A stretch of DNA of 64,000 nucleotides from contig CAMKDV010000008.1 of assembly GCA_946411385.1 (NCBI GenBank), forward strand, positions 31,492-95,491, in the 5' to 3' direction. The notes under the pieces are model-generated. The model was not told the DNA's origin, ran no database searches, and worked only from the letters and a program-made list of their open reading frames with translations. The position numbers were made by a program, and so were the translations under genes. Positions 45,156-54,795 of this stretch are shown in pieces; within the stretch, counting starts at the first letter, position 1; the number at the start of each line of letters is the position of its first letter. The stretch is from an uncultured Bacteroidales bacterium (GTDB taxonomy: Bacteria; Bacteroidota; Bacteroidia; Bacteroidales; Paludibacteraceae).

Positions 45156-46157
45156 TTACTCTGCTTTTCCGTCACTGCCCAGCACGTTGATGATTTTGTG
45201 CTTGTACAGTTCCTCCATCAGGTCACGGGCAGGACCGCAGTACTTACGCGGATCGAACTCACCCGGTTTCTCTGCAAATACCTTGCGCACTGCAGCGGTA
45301 AAGGCCAGACGGCTGTCGCTATCGATATTGATCTTGCAAACAGCGCTCTTGGCAGCCTTGCGCAACTGCTCCTCGGGTATACCTACTGCATCAGGCAGCT
45401 TGCCGCCGTATTGGTTGATCATATCTACATACTCCTGCGGAACGCTCGACGATCCGTGCAATACGATGGGGAAGCCGGGCAGTTTCTCCATGATGGCGTC
45501 CAGTACGTCGAATGCCAATGGAGGAGGAACGAGCTTGCCGGTCTTCGGGTCACGCGTGCACTGCTCCGGAGTGAACTTGTATGCACCATGGCTCGTACCG
45601 ATCGAGATAGCCAGGCTGTCGCAACCCGTACGGGTAGCGAAGTCAACAACCTCTTCAGGCTTCGTGTAGTGGCTAACTGCTGACGATACCTCGTCCTCTA
45701 CACCTGCCAGCACACCCAGCTCAGCCTCAACGGTTACGTCATACTTGTGAGCATACTCTACTACTTTCTTGGTCAGAGCAATGTTCTCCTCGTAAGGCAG
45801 CGACGATGCGTCGATCATCACGCTCGAGAAACCGAAGTCCACGCAGCTCTTGCAAAGCTCAAAGCTGTCACCGTGATCCAGGTGCAGACAGATCTGCGGA
45901 TGCTCCCAGCCAAGTTCCTTTGCGTACTCTACTGCGCCTTGAGCCATGTAACGCAACAGCGTCTGGTTAGCGTAGTTACGAGCACCTTTTGATACTTGGA
46001 GGATAACCGGCGATTTGGTCTCAGCGCAAGCCTTAACGATAGCCTGAAGTTGCTCCATGTTGTTGAAGTTGAATGCAGGGATAGCATAGCCGCCCTTGAT
46101 TGCTTTGGCAAACATCTCACGGGTGTTAACCAAGCCTAATTCTTTGAAACTTACCAT
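45156..46157 (-). CDS. fba: Class II fructose-1,6-bisphosphate aldolase
   Basis: 333 aa. IPAFNFNN, LHLDHG and HGSSSVP motifs. Confidence 0.9.
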   Translation of the reverse strand: MVSFKELGLVNTREMFAKAIKGGYAIPAFNFNNMEQLQAIVKACAETKSPVILQVSKGARNYANQTLLRYMAQGAVEYAKELGWEHPQICLHLDHGDSFELCKSCVDFGFSSVMIDASSLPYEENIALTKKVVEYAHKYDVTVEAELGVLAGVEDEVSSAVSHYTKPEEVVDFATRTGCDSLAISIGTSHGAYKFTPEQCTRDPKTGKLVPPPLAFDVLDAIMEKLPGFPIVLHGSSSVPQEYVDMINQYGGKLPDAVGIPEEQLRKAAKSAVCKINIDSDSRLAFTAAVRKVFAEKPGEFDPRKYCGPARDLMEELYKHKIINVLGSDGKAE

Positions 46158-46223
46158 AATTGATTTTGTTTTGTATTTTTGTTGTTTTTCTTTTTTGTCC
46201 TTATATGGGTTGCCCGCTTTACA

Positions 46224-48593
46224 TTAGCGCACGCGGTTTCCCATCATGTCGTACACTTGTCCGTTGGTCTCGATGTAGAGGTGTCCGTCCTCAAAGAACC
46301 GACGGGTATTGTTCTGCATCACAACGTTCTCCTCCAGAGTTGTCTGCGTGCAGTCGTCCAGTTTCTTGGGCGAACCGTTCCATGTGTAGCATACATCCTC
46401 ATCCGTCCACAGGTTGCCCGTTTTGATGCTGCCACCGTCGCCAAAGAGGAAGTTCGTCTCTTTCACACTCTCCGGTAGGATGAAGTAGTACATGCCGTTC
46501 TCGTCAATCTCCGTGAGGGCGCTGCCCGGATAACGGCCGTTGTACATGCCGTCGTCATTCCATACATACAGACACACTTTCTGCCACGATGCCGGTTTCA
46601 GTATCGCAATCTTGATAGGTGTGGTCTGCGGAGCCTTGTAGGTGTACGTATTGACATATACCGCCGACTGCTGACCGCTGGTGGTCTCAGAGCAAGCCTT
46701 GATCGTAGTGGTCTGCGTCACGGTAATGCCTGCTGAATACTGCTTCCTGGTGGCAGAGCTACGCGGGTCGGAACCATCGGTAGTGTAATAAATTTTGGCG
46801 TTCTCCGATCCGCCGAAGGCATCGATCGTTACGTCCAAGCTTGCGGTCTTGAACGACGTGCCGATAGGCGATACTGCCAATCGCGGAGCCACAGCCTTGG
46901 TCAGTTTCACCCAGATAGCATAACCGTTGCCCGAAGCAGCTTTCGTATAGCCGCTCTGCGAAGCCGACACGCGGTTGCCCAGCTCCAGGATGAGTGAACC
47001 GTTCTTGCCTTGTACCGTAGCGCGGTAGCCGCTGTTGTCGCCCTCGTCCGATACCGACGACTCGCTGTGTACGCCCGCATTATGGCGAGCAGCCACCATT
47101 GGGGCTATCTGGGCTTTGTACTCTTTCCAGTGCGGATAGAATACGCAGGGCACACCCGGCATCGACAGCATAAAGGCGTTGCTCTGCAGCAAGCGGTCTT
47201 TCATTTCGGCTGTCATCGAGTTGCCCTGGCCGCCAAACTCGTTGCCGTCACGCTGATACGAGTCGTGCGAGTCAACGAAGGTCACGGCATATTTGGCTTT
47301 GCCTGCCCCCAGCAATCCGCTACCCATACAACCGCTGTAGTTGAAGCCTGCTATGCCGTTGTTGAACGCCTGATATTTCGTACCGAAGTCAAACGTCAGT
47401 GTGTTCCAGCCCGCATCATTCAGGTGAGCCTGAAGTACGTCAGGATTGCCGTCCCAGTACTCCATGACGGAGAAATAAGTCTTCGCATTGGCGTTGTAGT
47501 CGTTGATATGGCTGTTGTGGAATCCTTTGCAATAGTCATAGCGGAAGCCGTCGTAGAGCATTTCGTTTTTCATCCATTTCAGATATGCTTTGCACATGTC
47601 ACGCACCGTGGCGCTATTATGGTCCCAATCACGACCGGCGCTATAGTTGGCTTCATCGCCATAGCCGTCATCATTGGCGCCGGTAGCCGTGCCCTTGCAC
47701 GAACCTGCTCCGTCGTCATAGTTCATCTCGTCGGTCTGGCATATCCACGAAGCTTCCGGCTGGAACTGACCATACTGACCGAAATCCAGGTCATAGAAGT
47801 TGCACCACGATGACTTGCCTGCCACGTGGTTAATCACGATATCTGCCACTACTTTGCTACCGCCGCTATGTAGCGTCTTGATTAGTTCATTCAGCTTTTC
47901 TACCTTGCCCCAGTCAGAAGTCTGATTGCTGTACTGTATAGGCAGATAGCCTACGCCACCGGTAGCCTTTGCCGAAGGCGGAAGCCATACCAGGTCAAAA
48001 TAGGCGGCTATCTCGCCGGCTACACCGGTCAGCGTTGCCCATTTCGTATCGCCGTGCGTACCTCCCCTATACGAATCCCAGTAGAATGCCTGCAGCATCA
48101 CGTCCGCACACTGTGATGGTACAGCCGAGTTGTAGTCAGCCGGCTTGTATGCAGCACCGTCGATGATATCCGACGGTGTGGGAGTCGGTCCGGGGCCGGG
48201 ACCTGCGGATACATCCACGCCCGTGATGCCCGTGCATGCTGCATCACCGCCTACGTACAACTGGTCCTCGCCGTACTTGAGTTTGATATAGAAATCGTAG
48301 CACGCAGCCTTGCCTATCCGGTAGGTGTTGCCGCTCTCGGTGATGTCCGAAGTGCTATACGTGTCCAAAGGCACTACCCAGGCGGCACTATTGTCGTAGT
48401 CGTACAACTGACATTTGTCGCCGGCCTTAAGGCTCACGCCCAGCACCATATATTCCTGAAACGAGGGATCGCCCGGATTAGGATTGGAGGTGCCGGCATA
48501 ATACATCTTGCTGTTGACCAGTATGCCATAAGAAGCAGCCTGTACAAGCAATGCCGCGGTCAGAGCAAAGAATAACAAACACGTTTTTTTCAT
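46224..48593 (-). CDS. Exported GH13 alpha-amylase with accessory N- and C-terminal domains and conserved C-terminal motif
   Basis: 789 aa. GH13 regions VMLQAFYWDS, DIVINHVAG, GFRYDYCKG, MEYWD, FVDSHD. C-terminus RRFFEDGHLYIETNGQVYDMMGNRVR. Confidence 0.85.
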   Translation of the reverse strand: MKKTCLLFFALTAALLVQAASYGILVNSKMYYAGTSNPNPGDPSFQEYMVLGVSLKAGDKCQLYDYDNSAAWVVPLDTYSTSDITESGNTYRIGKAACYDFYIKLKYGEDQLYVGGDAACTGITGVDVSAGPGPGPTPTPSDIIDGAAYKPADYNSAVPSQCADVMLQAFYWDSYRGGTHGDTKWATLTGVAGEIAAYFDLVWLPPSAKATGGVGYLPIQYSNQTSDWGKVEKLNELIKTLHSGGSKVVADIVINHVAGKSSWCNFYDLDFGQYGQFQPEASWICQTDEMNYDDGAGSCKGTATGANDDGYGDEANYSAGRDWDHNSATVRDMCKAYLKWMKNEMLYDGFRYDYCKGFHNSHINDYNANAKTYFSVMEYWDGNPDVLQAHLNDAGWNTLTFDFGTKYQAFNNGIAGFNYSGCMGSGLLGAGKAKYAVTFVDSHDSYQRDGNEFGGQGNSMTAEMKDRLLQSNAFMLSMPGVPCVFYPHWKEYKAQIAPMVAARHNAGVHSESSVSDEGDNSGYRATVQGKNGSLILELGNRVSASQSGYTKAASGNGYAIWVKLTKAVAPRLAVSPIGTSFKTASLDVTIDAFGGSENAKIYYTTDGSDPRSSATRKQYSAGITVTQTTTIKACSETTSGQQSAVYVNTYTYKAPQTTPIKIAILKPASWQKVCLYVWNDDGMYNGRYPGSALTEIDENGMYYFILPESVKETNFLFGDGGSIKTGNLWTDEDVCYTWNGSPKKLDDCTQTTLEENVVMQNNTRRFFEDGHLYIETNGQVYDMMGNRVR

Positions 48594-48684
48594 CGTATAT
48601 TCGATTATTATTTTTTGATTAATGAATGATCGGTTTTTCGGCTTGCAAACCTGTCCTGTTTTTGAATAAAATTCAAATTCCCTA

Positions 48685-48716
48685 CAAAGTTAACAAAACT
48701 TTCTCGAATTTGCAAA
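48685..48716 (-). promoter_or_regulatory. Bacteroidota-type promoter for the amylase gene
   Basis: The minus strand reads TTTG-caaattcgagaaagttttgt-TAACTTTG. The -33 box lies within ATTTGCAAAT. It abuts the trmO stop. Confidence 0.5.
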
Positions 48717-49436
48717 TTATTTTTCACTTTTCGGTGCAGTTTTTTTCATTTTGTTCGCAGATAGCACTTCTGCGACGTTTTTGCGCACCCTAAACTGCAC
48801 GTTCCACCCGCCATAATCCATCCCGTACACTCTGCCGGCATCTTGCTGGTAGGCGGGTCGCGGATCGCCGCGGAGTATTTCCTCTATCTCGTCTTTCGGG
48901 CAGTCTACCGGCACGCTCTGTTGCCATTCCACGCGCAGCATCGTCCGTGGCGTCTGATCCACAAAGCCGTCTTGTGCCTCGGGATGGCTGTCGCAGTAGG
49001 CGAGGTAGGGCTTGATGTCGTATATCGGCGTGCCGTCCAGCATGTCTGCTCCCTCTACGATCAGCACCGTCCCTTCTTTGTCCGTCCTTTCCATCCCCAC
49101 CAGCCTGACGGATGTCAGTCCTACGGGATTGGGGCGGAAAGGCGATCGCGTGGCAAACACGCCCATTCTTGTATTGCCTCCCAGCCGTGGCGGACGAACG
49201 GTCAGCGGTGGTGTAGTGCCTGCCTCACGCTCCGGCACTATGTGAAATCCCCACAGCAGCCACAGGTGCGTGAATCCGTCCAAGCCCCGTAAGGCTTCGT
49301 CCGAACGGCACTCCGGCACGAATACGATCCGTGTACGGAGAACCGTCTCTTTTTCTACCTGCCGCGGTATGCCGAACTTGTCGGTAAACCCGTTCCGAGC
49401 ATACGCCACGGGGTGCAATAGCAGCTCTTCCGCCAT
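48717..49436 (-). CDS. trmO: tRNA (t6A37) methyltransferase TrmO/TsaA-like
   Basis: 239 aa. FTDKFGIPRQ, FTHLWLLWGFH and RSPFRPNPVGLT blocks. The ATG shares one nt with the TAA of the upstream M16 gene (TAATG). Confidence 0.75.
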   Translation of the reverse strand: MAEELLLHPVAYARNGFTDKFGIPRQVEKETVLRTRIVFVPECRSDEALRGLDGFTHLWLLWGFHIVPEREAGTTPPLTVRPPRLGGNTRMGVFATRSPFRPNPVGLTSVRLVGMERTDKEGTVLIVEGADMLDGTPIYDIKPYLAYCDSHPEAQDGFVDQTPRTMLRVEWQQSVPVDCPKDEIEEILRGDPRPAYQQDAGRVYGMDYGGWNVQFRVRKNVAEVLSANKMKKTAPKSEK

Positions 49437-52240
49437 TATTCAGGTAGCATCACTACTTCGATACGGTTGTTCGGCTTAACCAACTCCTCCAGCGCCTGTT
49501 TTACGCTCTCTTGCGTGATGGCTTCCACCAGCGGCACGTAGTTCTCCACCACGTTCTCGCCATAGCGGTAGTAGCGGTACAATGCGCCTTGCCACCAGTC
49601 GTTGTCCCTCATGTTCTCCTCAAAGTCTTTCAGCATCGAGGCTTTCTCTTTGTCCACATCGTTGGCGAGCGGGCCGTCCCTCAGGATCGTCTCTATCTCT
49701 TCGTATATTACGCCCAGCAGACGCTCTTGCTTCTCGGGATCGGTATCAAACTGGATGATGAGGTACTCTTCGCTGGTCGGCACCGAGCGCATACCTCCGC
49801 CTACACCTACGCCGTACGATCCGCCTTCACGCTCGCGTACCGACTCCAGGTAGCGCGTATCCAGCACTCTGCCTACCATCTGCAAGTTCAGTCGTTTGCT
49901 CATCGTGTAGGGCTTGTCGTACAGGGCATATTCGATGCGGTTGGTAGCCGTACGGGTGGTCATCTCGCGGGTGAAATACAGTTTGTTCTCACCTGCCGGC
50001 TGACGTACGTGCCAGTCTACAAAATGCTCTTTCTTTTTCTTGGTCTTCATGCCGCCCAACCATTGCAAGATCAGCTCTTTGGTAGCAGCATCGTCAGGAT
50101 TGATCTCGCCTACAAAAGTGAAGATGAAGTCCGAGGGGTCGGCAAAACGCTCACGGAACACTTTCATCGCCTTCTCGTGATCCACCTTGCTCATCATATC
50201 TTCGTTCAGTACGAGCGAGCGCTCTGAATGGTTCGTCGAGAACAGCGTGAGCGAGTCGCGGAAGATAGCTTTCGGATTCTTTTCCTTGTTAGCCAGCTGC
50301 GTGCGCAACATCGACATCAGCGTCTCGTAAGCCTCTTTATCGGTACGCGGAGCCGTGAAACCGAGGTAGGTCAGCTGCAGCATCGTCTCCAGATCGCGTA
50401 CGGTGCTCGAGCCTTCGATGCTCTCGTCATAATCGTCTATCGACGGATTGACGTATACTTGCTTGCCTGCCAGCACTTTCTGCAGGTCGGTGTAGCTGAA
50501 TGTGCCTAAACCCGAGAACTGCACTACTGCCGTGGCCAGGTAAGCTGACGGCAGGTCGGCTGTCGGCACGAGGCTGTAACCGCCTTCCGAGAAAGCTTCC
50601 ATCAATATCTGGTCATGACGGAAATCCGTCGGTTTGAATACCACTTTCACGCCGTTGCTCAATAGCCATTCGGTCGTGCCCAGCGAGGCGTTCTTGGTCT
50701 CTTTCTTGATCTTGCCTTTCTTGGGCACCTTGGCTACCAGCGGACGATCCACTTTCTCCGATACGGGCGCTTCTATCTCCATCTCCGGCATCGCTTTCAG
50801 CATCGCTACGGCTTGCTCCTCATTCGGGATATTTACGCCTTCCTTGTCCACACCCGTGATGCAGATGATGATGTTCTCGTCACCCATCAGCTGCTTTTGC
50901 GCGATGTTATTGATGATCTCCACCGTTACTTGCGGCAGCAGTTCTTTCACGAATTCATATTCAAACTCAATGCCGGGCATCGGTTCGTTGTCTTCAAAGT
51001 GGCGGATATATTCCTGTGCATACAGGATGTTTTTCGTCGTCTTGCGGCTGTTGTACATCTTCTCGTAGCGTGATAGCATGTTGGCTTTCGCTACCTCCAG
51101 TTCGCTCTCGGTAAAGCCGTAACGGCGCATCTTCTCCAACTCGTAGAGTAGCGACTGATAAGCCTCGGTCTCTTTGCCCTCTTTGGCTACGGTGATAGCC
51201 GTGAATGCGTCACGCAGCTTCACCAGCTCAAAGTATCCGGCTCCCGCTCCTACGAACGGTGCATCGGGTTTCATCGATGCTTCCTCAAAGCGCGTGTCAA
51301 GCATCGCACCGATCAGGTCGCGCATCCGCTCTATCATGTACGACATGTTCGTGCCCTGCATGTACAGCGGCGTCTGCGGATGTTTCCAATATATCTGTAT
51401 ATTCGTCTGCTGCGCCTCTTTGTCGGTCACGATGGCTACTATCGGCTCTTTGTTGTCGTCCACGCTGTAGAGAGGACGCTCGCCTCTGTTGGCGCGCTCC
51501 GGCACGTTAGCCCACAGAGCTTTTATCTTCGCCTCTATCGCATCCACGTCTATGTCGCCTACTACGATGATAGCTTGGTTGTCAGGGCCGTACCATTTGT
51601 GGTAATAGTCGCGCAAGGCTTGGTAGTCGAAGTTGTTGATCACCGCCGTATCGCCTATCACGTCGCGCTTGCCGTATTGGCTGTTCGGGAACATCTTCGC
51701 CCGGCTCTCTTTCCACAACCGGCGGTTAGCCGTTGCGCCCGTGCGCCACTCTTCGCGTATCACGCCGCGCTCTGCATCAATCTCTTCGCCCAGCAGCAAT
51801 AGGCCGCAGCTCCAGTCGTGCATCACCAGCAGAGCCGAGTCGATGATACCTTCGCGTATCGTCGGCACGTCCGACAGACGATATACCGTCTCGTCTATCG
51901 ACGTGTAAGCATTGATGTTGCCGCCGAAGTTCACGCCTATCGACTCAAAATAGTTGATGATCCCCTTGCCCGGAAAATGTTGCGTTCCGTTGAACGCCAT
52001 ATGCTCCAGGAAGTGTGCCAGACCATTCTGGTGATCTTCTTCCAGCACGGCTCCCACGCGCTGTGCTATATGGTACTCGCAACGCTGTTTGGGTTCCTCG
52101 TTATGGCGTATATAGTACGTCAATCCGTTAGGTAACTGCCCGTACCGCACCTCACCGTCCATTGGCAGGGGCACAGGCTGCTGTGCTGTCACACTCACCG
52201 CTGCCACCAGCAGCGAAAAGAAAAGAATACTCCGTTTCAT
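49436..52240 (-). CDS. Exported M16-family (insulinase/pitrilysin-like) zinc peptidase, double-length
   Basis: 934 aa with a signal peptide and the inverted zinc motif GLAHFLEHMAFNGT (HxxEH). Confidence 0.85.
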   Translation of the reverse strand: MKRSILFFSLLVAAVSVTAQQPVPLPMDGEVRYGQLPNGLTYYIRHNEEPKQRCEYHIAQRVGAVLEEDHQNGLAHFLEHMAFNGTQHFPGKGIINYFESIGVNFGGNINAYTSIDETVYRLSDVPTIREGIIDSALLVMHDWSCGLLLLGEEIDAERGVIREEWRTGATANRRLWKESRAKMFPNSQYGKRDVIGDTAVINNFDYQALRDYYHKWYGPDNQAIIVVGDIDVDAIEAKIKALWANVPERANRGERPLYSVDDNKEPIVAIVTDKEAQQTNIQIYWKHPQTPLYMQGTNMSYMIERMRDLIGAMLDTRFEEASMKPDAPFVGAGAGYFELVKLRDAFTAITVAKEGKETEAYQSLLYELEKMRRYGFTESELEVAKANMLSRYEKMYNSRKTTKNILYAQEYIRHFEDNEPMPGIEFEYEFVKELLPQVTVEIINNIAQKQLMGDENIIICITGVDKEGVNIPNEEQAVAMLKAMPEMEIEAPVSEKVDRPLVAKVPKKGKIKKETKNASLGTTEWLLSNGVKVVFKPTDFRHDQILMEAFSEGGYSLVPTADLPSAYLATAVVQFSGLGTFSYTDLQKVLAGKQVYVNPSIDDYDESIEGSSTVRDLETMLQLTYLGFTAPRTDKEAYETLMSMLRTQLANKEKNPKAIFRDSLTLFSTNHSERSLVLNEDMMSKVDHEKAMKVFRERFADPSDFIFTFVGEINPDDAATKELILQWLGGMKTKKKKEHFVDWHVRQPAGENKLYFTREMTTRTATNRIEYALYDKPYTMSKRLNLQMVGRVLDTRYLESVREREGGSYGVGVGGGMRSVPTSEEYLIIQFDTDPEKQERLLGVIYEEIETILRDGPLANDVDKEKASMLKDFEENMRDNDWWQGALYRYYRYGENVVENYVPLVEAITQESVKQALEELVKPNNRIEVVMLPE

Positions 52241-52346
52241 ATCTTGATGGTTTTATTGTTCGTTTTATTGTTTCGTTTTGTTGCTTCGTTTTGTTGCTTC
52301 GAACTTTTAGCGTCATCCCATTGCGCCCTATTTCGCAATTTGCCTA

Positions 52347-52378
52347 CAAAGATACAAAAAAAAAACGACATTTGCAAA
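52347..52378 (-). promoter_or_regulatory. Bacteroidota-type promoter for the M16 peptidase / trmO unit
   Basis: The minus strand reads TTTG-caaatgtcgttttttttttg-TATCTTTG. It is 35/36 identical to the promoter at 33737-33772. Confidence 0.55.
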
Positions 52379-52483
52379 TATTCTCTCAAAAAAATTCAAT
52401 ATTCAAATGATTTTTGCGAGCAAATCCGCCACTCATCCTCTCGGAACCCCTATAAATAGGGACTTGCAACAGACTTATATTGG

Positions 52484-52525
52484 GTGATTATTGCGTGATT
52501 ATTGTGTGGTTATTGCGTGATTGCC
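52484..52525. repeat. 11-bp tandem array (GTGATTATTGC GTGATTATTGT GTGGTTATTGC GTGATTGCC)
   Basis: Read directly in the 590-bp M16/rpiB divergent intergenic region. Confidence 0.75.
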
Positions 52526-52643
52526 TTTATAGGGAGCATAGCCCTGATCCTGAACTATCGTAAATAATGCGACACTCGGAGGGACAAATAATGCAAGTAG
52601 AGTTGGCAAATGATGAGAAAAACGGAGAAAAATAGGTGCAAGG

Positions 52644-52675
52644 TTTGCACAATTAAAAAAAAAACAGTAATTTTG
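52644..52675 (+). promoter_or_regulatory. Bacteroidota-type promoter for rpiB / DASS transporter
   Basis: TTTG-cacaattaaaaaaaaaacag-TAATTTTG. Gives a roughly 150-nt purine-rich leader. Confidence 0.5.
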
Positions 52676-52729
52676 CATCCCTTTTTGATAAAATTGCGCG
52701 TTTCGCTGCAATTGCGAGCAAGATTTTTG

Positions 52730-52810
52730 GGAAAATGAAAAGTTAAAAATGAAAGGGGAAAGGAAAGTTAAAAATGAAAGGGGAAAGGAATTTCAAAAAC
52801 GAAAGAAATA
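52730..52810 (+). repeat. Purine-rich GAAAG/GAAAA leader repeats including a perfect 24-nt duplication
   Basis: AGTTAAAAATGAAAGGGGAAAGGA at 52741-52764 and 52766-52789. The surrounding sequence has 7-nt AAAnnnn phasing. Confidence 0.75.
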
Positions 52811-52830
52811 ACATAAAGCACAATAAGACA

Positions 52831-53292
52831 ATGAAACCATTAAACGAATTAACAATTGCATTGGCAAGTGACCACGCCGGATTTGGACTGAAGTCGATGA
52901 TTCAACTCTACCTGGAGCGTGAGGGCGCTACGGTGAAAGATTTCGGTTGCTACTCGATGGAGAACTGCGACTTTCCTGATTTTGCCCATCCCATGGCTAC
53001 CGCGGTTGAGAAAGGTGAATGTGAATTAGGTATCGGCTTCTGCTACACCGGCAACGGTATGGCAATGGCCACGAACACGCATCCTCATGTACGCGCCACG
53101 GTTTGTTGGGAGACGCACATGGCAGAGAACGCTCGCCGTTTCTTTGATGCAAACATCCTTTGTTTGCCGTCAGGCTATGTAGCACCGGATAAGGCGCTGG
53201 AGATCATCCAGGCGTTTGTTACTACCGCTTATCAGGGCGGAGAACGTTATGATCGTCGTATCAATCATTTGGCTAATCCTAATGTATATTAA
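52831..53292 (+). CDS. rpiB: RpiB/LacA/LacB-family sugar-phosphate isomerase (ribose-5-phosphate isomerase B-like)
   Basis: Track ORF trimmed to ATG 52831 (MKPLNELTIALASDHAGFGLK), 153 aa. Motifs SDHAG and CYTGNGMAMATN. Confidence 0.75.
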   Translation: MKPLNELTIALASDHAGFGLKSMIQLYLEREGATVKDFGCYSMENCDFPDFAHPMATAVEKGECELGIGFCYTGNGMAMATNTHPHVRATVCWETHMAENARRFFDANILCLPSGYVAPDKALEIIQAFVTTAYQGGERYDRRINHLANPNVY

Positions 53293-53297
53293 ATAAT

Positions 53298-54707
53298 ATG
53301 GAAAAACTTAACGTGAAATTGCATATCTTAGCTCCGTTGACAGCCCTTGTGGTGCTGCTGATGTGGTTTGTGCCGACATCCTTTTTCGGCATTGACGGTC
53401 TGACGGTGGTACAACAGCGTACTATCGCCATCTTCTGCTATGCAGCCCTGATGTGGATGTTCGAGATCATCCCCGCCTGGGCTACCTCGGTTACCACTAT
53501 CGTCTTCTTGTTGCTGGCGGTTTCCAACAAAGGTCTGACCAACCCCGACATGGGTACTTTGGTTAACTTCAAGGAACTGATGGCAGCTTTTGCCGACCCG
53601 ATCATCATGCTCTTCTTGGGCGGTTTTGTACTGGCTATTGCAGCAAGCAAAGTAGGTCTGGACATAGTACTGGCGCGCGTGATGCTCAAGCCTTTCGGCA
53701 CGAACCCAAAATGGGTGCTGCTGGGCTTTTTGACGCTGATCAGCGTGATGTCGATGTTCATGAGTAATACGGCTACGGCAGCCATGATGCTGGCGTTCCT
53801 GGCTCCTGTGTTGCGTACGTTGCCTGCAGATGGCGGCGGTCGTGTCAGCCTGGCTATGGCTATACCTATCGCAGCCAACATCGGCGGTCTGGGTACGCCT
53901 ATCGGAACGCCTCCGAACGCTATCGCCATCGGTCAGCTGGCTTCGCTGGACATCAACATCGGCTTCGGTGCGTGGATGATCCGTATGGTGCCCGTAGTCA
54001 TCATCATGATTCTGTTCTCATGGTGGCTGCTCATGTTCCTCTTCCCCTTCAAGGCAAAGGATGTGAAGATCGTCATCGAGCCGGATGAAGAACACAAGAT
54101 CGACTGGCAGTTCTGGGTAGTGACCATCACGTTCATCGCTACCATTCTGCTGTGGATGACTGGTGAGCTGACTCACCTGAACTCGAACGTGGTTGCCCTC
54201 ATCCCGTTTGCCGTGTTTGCTCTGGTTGGCATCTTCAAGCGCGAAGATTTTGCCAAGATTGACTGGCATGTACTGTGGATGGTAGCCGGTGGTTTTGCCA
54301 TCGGAACGGCTCTGAACAAGACCGGTCTTGCCGCAGCACTGGTTGAGGCTATTCCTTTCGGAAACTGGTCGGCATTGGTTGTACTGATCACAGCCGGTCT
54401 GCTGGGCTGGTTGCTCAGTAACTTCATCGCCAACTCGTCGGCAGCCAACTTGCTCGTGCCCATCCTGGCGGTAGTAGGTACGGCTATGAGCGAGCAGCTC
54501 ACAGCCTTCGGCGGCGTAACAACGCTGCTGGTATGTGTAGCCGCTTCCACCTCGTTTGCCATGCTGCTGCCTATCTCCACCCCGCCGAACGCTATCGCTT
54601 GCTCTACCGGTCTGATCAAAACCAACGACATGACCAAGGTTGGACTGATTGTAGGCTTGCTGGGTATAGCCATCTCGTACGCCGTTATCCTTTTATTCCC
54701 GTTCTAA
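53298..54707 (+). CDS. DASS/SLC13-family anion:sodium symporter
   Basis: 469 aa, polytopic. Two SNT-type hairpin motifs (FMSNTATAAMM and SNFIANSSAANLLVP). PPNAIA is repeated twice. Confidence 0.8.
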   Translation: MEKLNVKLHILAPLTALVVLLMWFVPTSFFGIDGLTVVQQRTIAIFCYAALMWMFEIIPAWATSVTTIVFLLLAVSNKGLTNPDMGTLVNFKELMAAFADPIIMLFLGGFVLAIAASKVGLDIVLARVMLKPFGTNPKWVLLGFLTLISVMSMFMSNTATAAMMLAFLAPVLRTLPADGGGRVSLAMAIPIAANIGGLGTPIGTPPNAIAIGQLASLDINIGFGAWMIRMVPVVIIMILFSWWLLMFLFPFKAKDVKIVIEPDEEHKIDWQFWVVTITFIATILLWMTGELTHLNSNVVALIPFAVFALVGIFKREDFAKIDWHVLWMVAGGFAIGTALNKTGLAAALVEAIPFGNWSALVVLITAGLLGWLLSNFIANSSAANLLVPILAVVGTAMSEQLTAFGGVTTLLVCVAASTSFAMLLPISTPPNAIACSTGLIKTNDMTKVGLIVGLLGIAISYAVILLFPF

Positions 54708-54795
54708 GGTGAAAGGTGAAAAGTGAAAGGTGAAAGGTGAAAGGTGAAAGGACGCTACGCTACAGGAAAAGTGAAAAGTGAAAGGAATTTGACAA
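54706..54795 (+). repeat. 7-nt periodic purine-rich array (AAGGTGA x6 with variants, then AAAGTGA x2) filling the DASS-porin spacer
   Basis: Read directly. Begins in the DASS stop codon and runs to the porin ATG (54796). Confidence 0.85.

Noticed and set aside
54706-54750. Reading AAGGTGA repeats as stacked Shine-Dalgarno sites.
   Set aside because: Other arrays in the same positional class (ATTGTAA, TAATTTT, GTTTAGA) have no SD-like content, and Bacteroidota generally do not rely on SD pairing. This is kept only as part of the heptamer-array observation.
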